NCBI RefSeq assembly: GCF_009914755.1
Contig: NC_060929.1
Length of the DNA: 64,000 nt
Reading direction: 5' to 3' (one strand)
Source: the human T2T-CHM13v2.0 reference genome, Homo sapiens
The notes under the pieces are model-generated. The model was not told the origin of the DNA, searched no databases, and saw only the letters and a list, made by a program, of their open reading frames with translations. Below are positions 28,062 to 45,304 of this stretch, one piece after another (the first letter of the stretch is position 1; every line of letters begins with the position of its first letter). Made by a program: the position numbers and the translations under genes.

Positions 28062-28469
28062 ATCCAATGGAAAATGCAGACAACATGCAATCAAATTTCA
28101 GCAGTGAGAGGGAAACAATCAAATGGAAATGCAAGAAATAAAAGACACAGTTACATAAATGCAAATGCAATAAATGAGATCATGAGTAGATGCTACATAG
28201 GTGATACTATAACTTATAAACTTGAAGACATGTCAAGAGAAATTAACCATACTGAAACACAAAGAGGAAAAAAGTGGGAAGTAAAAAGCCATAGAACCCA
28301 TGAGCTGTGAAACAATATCAAATATTTTAACATATGTATATTTGAAATCTAGCAAAAAATAGAGAAGAGAAAGCAGAAGAAATATTTGAGGAAATAATGG
28401 CCAAGAATATTCCCAAATTAATGACAGAAAAGCCCACACATGCAAGAAACAAAAAAACACAAAGCAGGA

Positions 28470-28582
28470 TAAATGAAGAAGGAGGAGGAGGGGGTAGAAT
28501 GTAGAAGAGGAGAAGGTGGGGAGAAAACAGAGAGAGTAGGAGGAAGCAGAGAAGGAGAAGAAGGAATAAAGGGAGGAAAAAT
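28470..28582. repeat. GA-rich low-complexity tract inside the L1M
   Basis: GAAGAAGGAGGAGGAGGGGGTAGAATGTAGAAGAGGAGAAGG... Confidence 0.8.
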
Positions 28583-31500
28583 AAACCTAAACATATCATA
28601 TATAAACTGCTAAAATGCAAAGAAAAAATCTTCAAGGTGGTGATAAGAAAAAAACACACTGAGAAACAAAGATGAAAATCACAACAGACTTTTGCCAGAA
28701 GACAATAAAGTGACATACCAAAAGAAAAAACTTTCAAACAGAATTCTATATCCAGCAAAAATAAATTTCAAAAATAAAAGAGAAATAAAACTTTCTCAGA
28801 AAAACAAAACCAGAAATAATTCATTGTCAGAAGACTTAGAAGAATTGTTAAAAGAAGTTTCTCAGGCAGAAGAAATATAATGCTTGACAGAAACTTGGAT
28901 CCACACAAAAAATAAAAGATGCTAGTAATGGACTAAGGTATCAAAAATTTACTTGTTCTTATTTTTAATTATTATAAAAGGTAACTGATTATCTAAAGCA
29001 AAGATATTAACAATGTATTATGTGTTTATAGTATATGCAAAAGTAAAATTATGAAAAAATGGCATGAAGGATGAGAGGAAAGAATTGGAAATAAATTGTT
29101 GTAAGGTTCTCCCACTAAACATAAAGCAGAATATTATTTAAAGGTAAGATGTGATCAGCTAGATTTGCATATTGTAAATCCCAGACACTCACTAAAACAC
29201 TTTAACAAGGAGTTATAAGTAATAACTGAATAGTGAAGGTAAACTATAATCATTAATGAAAAGCTCAATTAACCCTAGAGAAAAGAGAAAAAAAGGGAAA
29301 AAAGAAACAAAGTACAGATGGAAAAAATAGAAAACAGCTAGAGAGGCAGTAAATTTTAATTCAACTATTTCAAGAAACACAAAAATATAAGTGGTCTAAA
29401 AACATTAATTAAAAGAAAACTTTAGATTGTGTATAAAATAAGATCTAACAGCTGTGTACAATAAACCTATTTTAAATGTAAAGGTATATAAATGGATGGA
29501 AAATGATGCATATTACTATCACTAGCCAAAATAAAGCTTTAATAGTTTTATTAATATGAGAAAAAATATTCTTACAGAACAAAGATTATGATCAGGAGTA
29601 AAGACAGATATCTAATAAAAATGGAAACTTTAATTCTTAAAAAAGATACAGCAATCCTAATTGTGTAAGCATATAACACAGAACTTCAAATTACATAAAG
29701 CAAAAAGTGACAGAACTGACAAATCAACAATTATAGCTGGAAAGTTCAAGATCACTCTTTCAGTAATTGATAGAATAGGAAGTAAGAAAATCAGTAAGGA
29801 TACGCAAGACCTGAACAACACTATCAAATAACTCAACACGATTGACATTTATAGAATATTTCACTGTACAACAGCAACATACACATTCTTTTTAAGTGCA
29901 TATGAAACAGCCACCACGATATTAAGGGCAATACATCAAATGTCAACAGATTCAACAGAATGGAAATAGTAAAAAATATGTTCTCAGAATATAATGAAAT
30001 TAAATTAGAAATCAATAACAGAAAAATATCTAAAAAGTCTTCAGATAGTGGGAAACTAAACAAGATACTTATAAAGACCAATGGGTAGAACAAAACAAAA
30101 ATCAAAGGAAATTTACAAATACTTTTAACTGAATGAAATAAAGTAAAACACATCAAAAATTGTGGGATAAAATTCTACCAGTCTCTAGAGGGAAATGTAT
30201 GGCATTATATGTTTATATTAGAAGAGAATAGTATCAAATCAGTAATCTAAGCTATTTCCTTAAGAAACTAGAAAAATAAGAGCAAATAACACAAATCAAG
30301 CAGAAAGAAGGAAACAATAAAGAACAGAAATTAATGAAGGTAGAAAAACAAATCTATAGGGAAAAATCAATTAAAGCAGAACTAATTATTTTAAAAGATC
30401 CATAAAATTGGTATACCTCTAACCAGATTGATGAAGAAAAAGAAGAAACAAATTGCTAATATTAGGAATGAAACAGGGTACATCAGTACAGACCCCACAG
30501 ACATGAAAAAGGGAAATAATGAAATACTATGAACACTATTACCATAAATGAAGCAACCTAGTTGATACTAACCAATTTGTGGAAAGACACAAGCTGCCAA
30601 AAAAAAATAAAGATAACCTGAATAGGTCAGTAGCCATTAAATAAATTGGAGTCATTGTTAAAAACCTTTCAACAAAGAAAAACCTAGGCCCAGATGATTT
30701 CCCTGGTGAGTTCCTCCAAACGTTTAAGTATAATAAAAATATTAATACAAATTCTATACAATCTCTTCCAGAAAATATTTAAAAAAGAAACTTTTCAATT
30801 TATTTTATGAAGATAGTATTATCTTGATACTAAAACCAAAGACTGTAAAAATGAAAACTATAGACCTACATCTTTCATAAACATAAGTGCAAAATCCTCA
30901 ATAAATATATTAAAAAATTGAATCAAGAAATGTATAAAAAGAACAACTCTCTATGACCAAGTAATACAAAGCTGTTTCAATGTTTGAAAAATCAAATAAC
31001 GTAATTTGCCATATTATTAGATTAAAAAGGAAAAGCTACGTGAGCATCTCAATAGATGCAGGAAAAAAATGACAAATTTTGACACCAATTGTGAAAACGT
31101 GCTTCACATCATTAATCATCAGGAAAATGAAATTAAAACCACTGTAAGATACAATTTCACATTTACTAGAATGGTAAACAAACAAACAAAAATTCTGACT
31201 ACACTAAGTGGTAGCGGGCTATGCAGAAACTGGAGCTCTAATATACTGCTGATAAGAAGTCAAATGTAAAACCACTTTTTAAAAACAGTTTGGCAATTTC
31301 TTATAATAAACTTCAACATACACTTATCAAATGAACTAGCAATCCCCAATCTAGGGCATTTACCCAAGAGACATGAAAATTTACGTTCAAGCAAGAATCT
31401 GTAAATAAATATTTATATCAGTTCTATCCTCAACTGTAACAAACTAGAAACGATTTAGATGTTCCTTCACCAGTGAATGGGGTGGCAAACTGGTTCACAC

Positions 31501-32313
31501 ATTCAGTGGAATGCTACCAAGTAATATAAAGAAACATCTTATTGATTCCTGAAACAGCATGAATGCATTTCACATAAATTTTGCTAACTGAAGAAAGCCA
31601 CACCCCCATCACATGCCCTGCGAGGGGGACCAGAAAACTTTTTCCATTTCAATAAAATATATCATCATCATATGCATCCTGACCTACACCAAGAAGGGCA
31701 CAACAACACTTTTTTGGTATTCTGGCCAAAAATTGATAACTTTGATTTAATCATGAAAATATATGAGACGAATTCAAATTGAGGGACATTTAACAAAATA
31801 ACTGATTGTTCTTTGAAAGTGTCATGGTCATAAACTACATAGAAAGACTGAGAAAGTGTCACAAATGAAGGAGACTCAGGAGAAATGACAGCTAACTGCA
31901 AATGGAATTCTGGATTAGATTCTGTAACAGACAGCAGTGAAAATACTGATGAAATGGGAATAAAGTCTGTAGTTTAATTAATAGTATTGTATCAGTGTTA
32001 ATTTCTTTATTTTGTTATTATGTTTATATGAGATGCTAACTTTAGAGAATGCTGGGTGAAAGTTTTAAAAGAATTCTCTGTACTATTTTTGCAACTTTTC
32101 CATAAGTCGAGTTATTTAGGAATATATATATATTGAGGTGACTGCAAAAGTAATTGTGGTTTTTGCATTGTTGGAATTTGCCATTTGATATTGGAATATA
32201 TTCTTAAATAAATGTGGTTAGGTTATACATCATTTTAATGGGCATTTCTCACTTTATTTTTTTTTTTGCTAATGATTTATTACTTGCTATTTATTTTATG
32301 TTTATTTTAGACT

Positions 32314-33339
32314 ATGGAAATGATGTTAGACAAAAAGTAAATTTGAGCAATTTTCTTATTTGAGTTCAAATGTGTTGTAAAGCAGCAGAAACAATTCACT
32401 ACATCAACAACACATCCGGCCCAGGAACTGCTAATGAATGTACCTTGCACTGGTGGTTCAAGAAGTTTTGCAAGGGAGACAAGAGCCTTGAAGATGAGGA
32501 GCATAGTGGCTGGCCATCAGAAGTTGACAATGACCAATTGACAGCAATCATCAAAGCTGATCCTCTTACAACTACATGAGAAGTTGCCATAGAATTCAAA
32601 GTTGACCATTTTACGGTCGTTCAGCATGAAGCAAACTGAAAAGGTGAAAAAGCTAGATAAGTTGGTGCCTCATGACCTGACCAAAAATAAAAAAAATCAC
32701 CGTTTTGAAGTGTCATCTTCTCTTACTCTACACAACAACAACAAACCATTTCTCTATTGGATTGTGACATACGACAAGAAGTGGATTTTATACGAGAACC
32801 AGTGATGACCAGCCCAGTGGTTGGACAGAGAAGAAGATCCAAAACACTTCCCAAAGCCAAACTTGGACCAAAAAAGGTGATGGTCACTGTTTAGTGGTCT
32901 GCAGCTGGTCTGACCCCCTATAGCTTTCAGAATCCCAGAAAAACCATTATATCTAAGAAGTATGCTCAGCAAATTGATGAAATGAACCAAAAACTGCAAC
33001 TGGCACTGGTCAACAGAAAGGGCTGAATTCTTCTCCATGACAACACCTGAACGCATGTCACACCATCAATGCTTCAAAAGTTGAACAGATTGGGCTACAA
33101 AGCTTTGCCTCATCTGCCATGTTCACCTGACCTCTCACCAACTGACTACCATTTCTTCACTTCTTCAGACATCTCAACAACTTTTTGCAGGGAAAATGCC
33201 TCCACAAGCAGCCGGATGCAGAAAATGTTTTCTAAGAGTCTGCTGAATCCCGAAGCATGAATTTTACGCTACAGGAATAAACAAACTTGTTTCTCATTGG
33301 CAAAAATGTCTTCATTGTAATGGTTCCTGCTTTGATTAA
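32314..33339 (+). pseudogene. Disrupted Hsmar1 transposase
   Basis: MEMMLDKK* then KAAET...GPGTANE...WWFKKFCKGD...DPLTTT, KVKKLDKLVPHDL, IVTYDKKWILY, HDN, SPDLSPTDYHFF; multiple stops and frameshifts. Confidence 0.92.
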
Positions 33340-33352
33340 TAAAGATGTGTTT

Positions 33353-33670
<318 letters not shown>

Positions 33671-34249
33671 AATAAAGATGTGTTTGAGCATAGTTATAAT
33701 GATTTAAAATTCACATTCCAAAACTGCAATTATTTTTGCACCAATCCAATAAAACTGGGAAGTAAATGATCCCGGGTAGCCTAGTCCCCAAATCCAGAAA
33801 GGAGACAGCATCTTCGGTCACAGTAGCCACATTTGCACCTTGCTGGATAACCTTGTTCATGAAAAGTGAAGGCCAAGTTAAAGAAGGATATCAAATACCA
33901 TATAGTGAATTCTGTGACTCAGATCACCAAACTAAGGCGTAGGGAATGAGGGACAATAAGCGCATGAGTGATCTGTGATTTAACCTAGTAACACAAAATG
34001 TATGCCAATGAGTTGACTCCCCAGATAGCTTTAAAATATCCCTTTACTGATCTCCTGATGCCAATTGTAACACCTATATTACTTATATTGGGTGATTTAT
34101 TTTCATTTCATTCCATCTAATTGTTTCCTGTGTATATACTCTTGTCTCTACAGCTAACATATTACGGATATAAAATTTTAATGAATTATAGCTGCATATA
34201 AAATGTATTCCACATGGCAAAAATATTTGCTTCATATTCTCAAAGACTA

Positions 34250-36561
<2,312 letters not shown>

Positions 36562-36649
36562 AGAAATAAGAGATTTCATACCACCAATTAAATTTTTCAT
36601 TTTTTATCACACAAATTATTAAAATTCATGGGATAATTTTTTAAAAAAT

Positions 36650-37190
36650 AAAGAAATCATCCTTAGTTCACCACAGAGAAATAATAACTGCTAATGTGTA
36701 GGTAGATATTCAAGACTTCTTCTTTATAGATGGACAAATATTTATTTATATATGAATGTTTTGTAACTTGCTTTTCTCATTAACAATATATTTCTACTAT
36801 AATTCAAAGACAAAACATATGTGCTTATATATCATTTTGAAATACTAGGTAGTATTCCATTGTATGGATTGCCACAATAAATTCACCCAAACCCCTAATA
36901 TTGAACATTTGACCTCTACCTAGTTTTTCTGTATTAAAAGTGCTGTAATGAATATCTTCATAAATGCATCATTGATAGATGACAGTAATCATCATTCTGT
37001 GATTACTTTCACAGAATTTTCTGAAAGTAAAATTAGTAAACCAAAGATATCAAACATTTGAAAGTCCATGATACATGACAACAATTTTCTTTAAGGAAAC
37101 TTTGTACCAATTTACATTTATCAACTGTATGTATGAGTGTTCATTGTTATAACACTTTCACTAATAAAGAATATTATCATTCTTTTTTAA
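36650..37190 (-). mobile_element. Old L1M (L1ME-like) fragment
   Basis: GTAGTATTCCATTGTATGGAT...TGAACATTTG...GCTGTAATGAATATCTT...TGTACCAATTTACAT. Confidence 0.6.
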
Positions 37191-38025
37191 AAATCTTATC
37201 AGCCTTTTATGTTGTGGTTTCATTCACTGATACATTTTTCAGATTCATAAGGAGGACTAAAATTCCACTTCCACTTTGTCCACTTCTTACCCAAGACTTC
37301 AGTTTGGATGTGGAAGGCTATTTTTTAGAGCTGCTGTTCAGGTTTTTCACAGATCCCCTTCTTTCCACCTCCACTGCTGAAATAATAATCTTTGATGATC
37401 TTTTGTTTTTCTTCAGTTTTCCTATTTCTTAGCAATTTTGAAAGGTGAGAATTAAATGTGGGAACTCAAATGACCATTGGAAACTCAAAAATTATTTTAC
37501 AGTTTTAAGGTTTTCCATTTTAATTTTAATCAATTAGATTTTAGGCATGATAGAAACCATCTATAAAAACTTTTAACAGCAAATGTATTCATGTGGATAA
37601 AAGAGAAAGGGCAGTTACACTTCAACAAAATTAACATCATCATCATACAGTTCTTGCTCTAATCATCTAACTCCTTTAAAACTAGTCTTCAAACTTTTTC
37701 AAAAAATGTAGCTTTGTCAAATAGTTCACATATCTAAGTATATTACTATTAAAATGATGGCAGATTAAATAAAATGTCTCACTTATGTCAGCTCAGTGAT
37801 TAAAGATATATTTATCAAAGATTTAGGACAGCAGGAGATCAAAACTGAACTTGCCAAAATAATGACTGTCCTATCTTCCAGCTACTTGTGAATATTCCCT
37901 TTGTGTTCTTGAGTTATTACATAGATCAATCATCTTCTTTATTCCATACACCCAGGATTGTAGTTTATCCCTTATAAACTCGGATTTGAAAACATTTTTA
38001 CCATGCTGTAAATGTGATCTCTGCT

Positions 38026-38085
38026 GTGTGTGTGTGTGTATGTGTGTGTGTGTGTGTGTGTATTTGTGTGTGTGTGTGTGTGTGT
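38026..38085. repeat. Compound (TG)n microsatellite
   Basis: Three TG runs separated by TA and TATT. Confidence 0.95.
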
Positions 38086-38549
38086 ATCCTTCCTGAACAG
38101 TGAATGTGCTGTCATTGATAGGACCTTGTTCTGGTTGCCGAGGACAGCATCTACCATTGTATTTTAAGTCCATTTGCAGTTAGTTTCTATTTATGCTGAG
38201 TTCTAACTTGTTGCCTCAAAAATACCTTAGTCAAGAGTATTCCCTAAAGGTGATGCAGTAAATTAGGGAACACTGCGACTGGCTCTTTATTGTTAACACT
38301 CTATGTCTTTCTTAATCACTAGGTCCCATAGGGCTCCCTGGGATAAGTAGGAGACCAAGAGTAAACAAAGTTTGATTGGCTTTTTCTTATTCTTTCCCAC
38401 AGGGTAGGCTATAGCCCAAATGTCATATATCTCTTTGTAAAGTCTCAGACCCATATAGTTATTACCATCAAGCATATACCATATTTCCTATGATGAGGTT
38501 CACGAGATGCCATCAGATATATTCTAACCCCTTTGGATCCCTAGTTTCC

Positions 38550-38719
38550 TGCATTTTAGAAAACTCAGGGAGTTTTCTTTGTTTGCTTTGTTAACAGCAA
38601 TTTCTTAGGCCTAACTCTAGACTCAGTGAATCAGAATCTCTAGATGGGAGTACAGCCTTCCATGTGTTTAAAAGCTCCCCCTGGTAATTCTAATGTGCAA
38701 CCAGGATTGAGAACAATTG
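38550..38719. mobile_element. MER5B-like hAT remnant
   Basis: GAATCAGAATCTCTAG...AAGCTCCCCCTGGTAATTCTAATGTGCAACCAGGATTGAGAAC. Confidence 0.6.
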
Positions 38720-40324
38720 TTGTAAGTGTTTACAAATAATTTCTAAATGCTCAACACACTACCTCAGTAGGTAATGTAGGAGTTTTGATCGCAACTCACT
38801 TTTTAGTCATTAAACTAAATAACAAGCTTTGAAATACTGCTTTGGGATAATTTCACCCCCTGATCTTTCTCTCAGCTTTCTGCCCACCTACTACTAAGCT
38901 GTAAATTCCTAAGACTGTCTTCTTTATATTTGGTTACTGATCAATGACAGTCCTCTCTGCTGCTGTGCCATCTTCATCTCCCCAGGTTTACTCCAGAATT
39001 TACCAATCTACTGCCTACCTAAAAAAAAGTTTAACTGCAGAAAACATGTATGAAGCCACTGTGACTCTTTGGTGTATTCCCAGTGCTAGACATTTAACAG
39101 AAACTCGGTAAGTATATTGAGAAAAAATCTTAACTCTAATCCTTGGACACCAAGTTTCAGAAAACCCTTGATTGACAGGTGGGGAAAATGTTAAGGTAGG
39201 ATGGGTGGCTTTGTAACTTGTCCTTATGCATTCACTTTCAAAGGTTTGTACAAGTTGTTGGAAGACATTCAAATAGAATTTATTCATACAAAGATAGCTT
39301 AAATGATCACTTACTTTCTTTAAAATTAATTACCTCAACCATTAAAACAGAATAAATTATTTCATAATATTAACAGTCTCCAAGTAGAGCTTAAGGATCT
39401 TAGTGCCTGGCCAAAATAGTAGCACAGTAGAAAGAAATTTGGGGATGGAAATACCAGTAAATTTCTCCTCTCAGTTAACTATTCTGAAAATCACTGATAC
39501 CAAGGTTAACACTGCAGTAATTAAGTACCAATATTTGTCCCATTTCTAATTTAAATCTCTATCCTGGTTATTGGCATTCTCTCATAAACTCATTTATTGT
39601 TCAACAGTTAAAAGAGGAGGCATGAATTAGAACTTGCAGAGGAAGAACTTGAAAACTCCATATTGCTTGACATGTTTCAGTTTCACAACCTGATTAGCAG
39701 AACTTATAGAATCAATTCGAGGTTTAAATTCCTCCCATATTATGATTAATGCTAAATGTAAATTTCAAGTTAACATAACTAAATTTAATTCTACATCAAT
39801 AAAGAAATACGCTCTAATTGAAATGACGATATGAGATTATTCAGTGTTTAGTAATAGAATGGTGAAATTATTCCCCTAGGATTTTTACATTACTGAGGAG
39901 GTGGAAAAGAAGGAGAAAAGATAGAGCAAGGCTTTTTGAACACTGGCGTTATCATCCTGTTTCTCTCTGAGGAACATATAAGTCAGCCTTTTATGCTTTT
40001 ACCATCAGACAAGGAACTGTGATCACTAATCAACCATGTAACCTTAAGATAATCACTTAAATTCTGTGTATGTTTTGCATCTGTAAAAAAAAAGCATATT
40101 TATTTGGCAAATCTTCCATTTCTATATCCCAGAAATAGCATAAGAAGTATATTAAATTCTATGTGTGAAAGTCCCTGGAGAAGTTAACAAACATTACAAA
40201 AACAAGGTGGAATTTATAGCAATTTTTGTTTTTGAAGTCTTCCTAAATGCATGCATTATTCCTTTGCTAGTCATAAAAGTACCTAAAAATTTTTCATTCC
40301 AAAACATGAGAAGGCAATTTATCT

Positions 40325-40539
40325 AGAGAATTTTTTAACCTCAACACTATTGATATTTTGGGCCAGATAATTATTTGTTGTAGGGGTTGTCCTGTGCATT
40401 GAAGATGTTGAGTGACACCTCTGGCATCTACCCACTAGATGCCAGTAGCACCCATCCAACTGTGATGACAAAAAATGATTCCAGACATTGCCAATGTTCC
40501 TTGGGGTGGAGGTCACAAAATTATCCCTGAGAACCACTG
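40325..40539 (-). mobile_element. MER20
   Basis: AACCTCAACACTATTGATATTTTGGGCCAGATAATT...CCCACTAGATGCCAGTAGCA...CCAGACATTGCCAA...GAGAACCACTG. Confidence 0.85.
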
Positions 40540-41547
40540 ATATATTGCTTATTTTATACATATGAACATAAAAACTATTTTGCTGAGTGCATCAAACTTT
40601 ATAAAGATACACCTAAGTATGTAAAATATGTCATATTGTATACATATGTAAATATTCATGAAAAATCAGATAAAATGATCAATCCCATTATTAGCACATT
40701 ATATGTTTTTAAAGTATGACTAAATGGGTAAGAGGCACATTAAACCAAGCATCATGGAAATTTACACATCAGAAAGCCAACAAGGTAAGAACACATTATT
40801 AAAAATTCACACCAATTGAATAAACAAATATGATCAGATACTGTATCATCAAAACATAAATGCAAGATAAGAAACAAAGTCAATTTAATATTAATATATT
40901 TCTAATTTGTTAAAGCAAAAATTGTAGTGCCATCAAATGACACCAATCAAGTGTGTGTATTTGAGATGATCTAGGCTTAATTATTTAACAATGAAGAATG
41001 AGAACAATGGCCCAGACTCTAAATAATTTGTGAATTTCACAGTGAGCTTTTGAAGTTCTCATTATTTAATGACACTGTCACGATTGAAATACAATAAAAA
41101 AAAGAAAATATCTTTTCTCCACATTTTATGGGTTTTATTGCTACTGTTTTGGCAACTCAAATATAGCAGCCATCTGGTTCCTCTGGTAAGGCTTACAAGT
41201 GGTAACAGGGTGGTCCACTGTGAAAATCATTACGAACTGAAAGCAATGAACTGAAAGCATTGATAAGCTCTCCCCCACACAGTAGAGGCATAGATTAGTG
41301 GGTGTGAATGGGTGTGCACATACACTTGACTGAGAGAGAGAGCCACACAAGGTCACAGGTAAAACAAAGACAAGAAGAGAGAAATGTGAATTTCTAAAGT
41401 ACATTTTTTAGTATTTTACCACTTATCAAGTTCATTCCTCATTTTTATGTCTTATTTTAATTTCCTTAAAATTAAAGTTTTATCATGTGGACAATGCTAG
41501 TTTGTAAATGTCCTCTTATTTCTTTCTGAGGCATTCTACTTAACTGT

Positions 41548-41920
41548 TGAAATGCTTTGGTTGTGTCTTCACCCAAATCTCAACTTGATTAGTTCCCATA
41601 ATCCCCATATGTCAAGGGAGAGACCTGGTGGGAGGTAATTGAATCATGGGGGTGGTTTACCCCATGCTATTCTCATGATAGTGAGTGAGTTCTCACAAGA
41701 TTTGATGGTTTTATAAGGGGCTTTTTCCTCACTGCACTCTGCACTTTTCTTTCATGCCATCATGTGAAGAAGGACATGTTTGCTTCCCCTTCTGCCATGA
41801 TTGTAAGTTTCCTGAGGACTTCCCAGCCATGCTGAACTGGGAGTCAATTAAACTTCTTCCTTTATAAATTACCCGTTCTCAGGTATGTCTTTATTAGCAG
41901 TGTGAGAACAGACTAATACA
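41548..41920 (+). mobile_element. THE1 (C/D-like) MaLR solo LTR
   Basis: TG...CCCAAATCTC...GTGAGTGAGTTCTCACAAGA...GAAGAAGGACATGTTTGCTTCCCC...GACTAATACA; TSD ACTGT/TCTGT. Confidence 0.88.
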
Positions 41921-42124
41921 TCTGTCTTCTGTTTTATATGATTAAAAAATCAGGAATGACATTTAATATTTGATGTAACTTTTCTCCTTGCTCTGCAACT
42001 ACACAACCAATGAAAATCCAATTACAGGTGCTTCCTTGAGCAAATATTAAATAACATTTGTTAAGTAGTTAGTATATAGCAGAGTTTTTGCTAAATATTT
42101 CCTGAAATTATTTCATTTAATCTT

Positions 42125-44335
42125 AAAAAATCACAAAAAGCACATAATCATCTCAACTGACATACAGAAAACATTTGATCAACTTCAACATCCTTTCACA
42201 ATGAAAACACCTAATAAACTAGGAAAATAAAGAAACTTTCTCAATCTGATAAAGAGCAGCTGTGAAAAACCCACCATTAACTTAACACTCAAATGGTGAA
42301 GAACTGAATGCTTTTCCCATAAAATCAGGAACAAGACAGGATGTCCACTCTCATCACTTTTATTGCCCCTGATGGTAGAAGTTATAGCAAGGGAACTGGT
42401 CAAAAAAAAATATAAGACATCCATTTTTTAAAGTAAAACTATATTTGCAGATGGCATAATATATGTAGAATATCTTAAGAAATTCACTTAAATACCTACT
42501 AAAATAATTTTAGCAAGACTGCAGAATACAAGATCAATATACAAGAATTAATCATATTTTTATACACTAATAATGAACTATTTGAAAATGAAATTTTAAA
42601 GCAATCTCATTTACAATAGTGACTAAAAGAAAAAAAATGCCTACAAATAAGTTTAACAAAATAAGTGTAAAACTTGCACCCTAAAAACCACAAAATGGTG
42701 TTAAGATAAATTAAATCACACTTAAATAAATGGAAAGGCATTCCATGTCCCTGAATCAGAAGATTTAATATTGGTAAGATGATAATAGATAATACTTTCC
42801 ACATGGATATTCAGATCCAATGCAATCCCTATTAAAATTCCAGTTACGTTTTTTTCTGAAATTGACAAGCTTATGTCAAAATTTATATGAAAATGCAAGG
42901 GATCTAGAATACTTGAAGTGATCGTGAATAAAAGAACAAAGTCAGAGGAATCACATTGCCTGATTTCAAAACTTACTACAAAGGTACAATAATGAAGACT
43001 CTAGTACTGCTGTAACAATTGACAAATAGTTTAGAGGAATAGAATTGAGAATCCAGAAATAATCATTTACATTTATGCTTAATTGATCTTCATCAAGGGC
43101 ATAAAAAAACTCAGTGGAGAAATAATATTCTTTTCAACAAATAGTATTGAAAATGGCATTGGCAAAAAACTGAATTTGAGCCCCTTCTATGTATCATACA
43201 TAAAATAACTCACAAATAAATCAATTACCTAAATGTAAAACCCTTAAAAGAAAACATCGGAGTAAATCTCCCATGACTTTCTTAGATACAACTCCAAAAT
43301 ACAAGCAAAAAAAAAAAAAAATTGCTGTGATGCAAATGATAATGTTAAGAAAGTGAAAAGATAACAGAATTGGAGAAAAGATTTGTAATTCATAAGCTGA
43401 TAAGAATCTAGTATCCAGAATATATAAAGAACTCTTACAACTCAATAATAAAAAGACCACCTAGTTTAAAAATGAGCAAAGAATTAAAATAGATATTTCT
43501 CTAAAGAAGATATGCAAACAGTCAATAAGCATATAACAAGATGCTCAACATCATTAGTCATTAGGAAAATGCAAGTCAAAACCACAATGAGATAACACTT
43601 CAGATTCACTAGGATAGCTATAATCAAGAAGACAGATAATAACAAGTATTGGGGAGGATGTGGAAAAATTGGAACCCTCTTACGTTGTTGGTGGGAATTT
43701 CAAATGATATAACCATTATGGAAAACAGCTTGGAAGTCCTTCAAAAAGTTAAACATACAGTTATCATATCATCTGGCAATTCCATCTCTAGTTTTATACC
43801 CTATATTAATGAAAATGTACAGTTAGGTAGAAATTTATAAACAAGTGTTCACAACAGCATTATTTATAATAGCCAAAAAGTGGAAACAACCACAATGATC
43901 AATTAATTAATGGATAAATTAAATATGATAGAGCCTTAAAACTGAATACTATTTGGCAATAAAAAGACATAAAGTATTGATATATGCTACAACATAAATG
44001 AACCTTGAAAACATTATGCCAGATAAAAGGATCTGGTTACAAAAGACCACATGTTAATTGATTCTATTTTGATAAAATGTCCAGAATGGGCACATTTATA
44101 AAGACAGAAAGTAGATTGGTGATTGCCTAGGGCTCAAGGATTAGTGGGAAATAAGGAGTGACTGATAAAGAGTACAGGGTTTATTTTGGGAGTGAAGAAT
44201 ATGTTCTAAAAATTGGTTATAATGATGACTGCACAATTCTGTGAGTGTATTTACAACCTTTGAATTATACACTTTAAATGGGTTAATTGTAAGTATGTGA
44301 ATGAAACCTCAGTAAAGCTGTTTTCAAAATAAAAC
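42125..44335 (+). mobile_element. L1MB-like element (ORF2 3' half and 3'UTR)
   Basis: Degenerate RT region (AATCAGGAACAAGACAGGATGTCCACTCTCA), C-terminus, and an L1MB-type 3'UTR ending CCTCAGTAAAGCTGTTTTCAAAA. Confidence 0.8.
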
Positions 44336-44435
44336 TATACCATATACCAAGATGACAGTGGTAGCATAGTCAGAAGTAAAATTCAGTAACATTGACCTGG
44401 CTTGCCAAGGCAGCTTCTTTTTTCACCATGTAGAG

Positions 44436-44757
44436 CAGTGGTCCCCAAACTTTCAAAAACCAGGGACTGATTTTGTGGAAGACAATTTTTCCACTGACTG
44501 CAGTGGGCAGGGGTATGGTTTTGGGATGATTCAAGCACATTACATGTATCATTACATTCTCATAAGAAACGTGCAACCTAGATCCCTCACATGCACTGTT
44601 CACAATAGTGTTCGCACTCCTATGAAAATCTAAAGCCACAGCTGATCTGACAGGAGACAAGGCTCAGGTGGCAATGCTGGCTCATATAACTGTGCGGCCC
44701 AGTTTCTAACAGGCCATGGACAGAACAGATTCATGACCCAGGGGTTTGGGACCCCTG
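44436..44757 (+). mobile_element. MER1B hAT-Charlie element with 8-bp TSD
   Basis: TIRs CAGTGGTCCCCAA / TTGGGACCCCTG; TSD ATGTAGAG (44428-44435) and ATGTAGAT (44758-44765). Confidence 0.88.
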
Positions 44758-45304
44758 ATGTAGATTATATGCCAGAGTTTCAGGGTCATAGCAATACCTA
44801 CGATTTGGTAAGATCCCACTCGGTGTTTCCCATTAGCTGACTGAGTCTTATCCTGAGCAAGTTGAATATTAATACCTTCAACCTAAGAGGTCTCCAGTCA
44901 GGAAGTGGGAAGGCCTTAGAATTTGAACACACAAATTTCCAAATCTGCAATTTCCTGCCATTTCCTTTGTTGGAAATACATCCTTTGTAGTTTCACAGTA
45001 AATTGCCTAAGATTTCTTAAGATATATTTATCTGAGGGCTCATTTTCACCAAGCTCCAAACAGTTGCCTCTGATAACTCTTTCGAGGTCACTATCCAAAT
45101 GTCACCTTATCAGTGAGCAGTCACTTAAACACCAATAAAAAATAGCAACATCCTTTCCCCTTCACCTTAGCACCCCCTATACATCTTACTTCAGCTTATT
45201 TCATTTTCCAGATTGCCATCTGATATACTACATATATATATGATTTTGTTATTGTTGCTTATTTTCTCTGTTCTCTCTGTTGTAAATTCCTTAAGATCTG
45301 AGAC

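Noticed and set aside
28327-28758. 143-aa Leu/Phe-rich ORF
   Set aside because: Antisense of the L1M ORF1 remnant plus a GA-rich tract
40420-40446. Hairpin CTGGCATCTA-CCCAC-TAGATGCCAG
   Set aside because: Internal quasi-palindrome native to MER20
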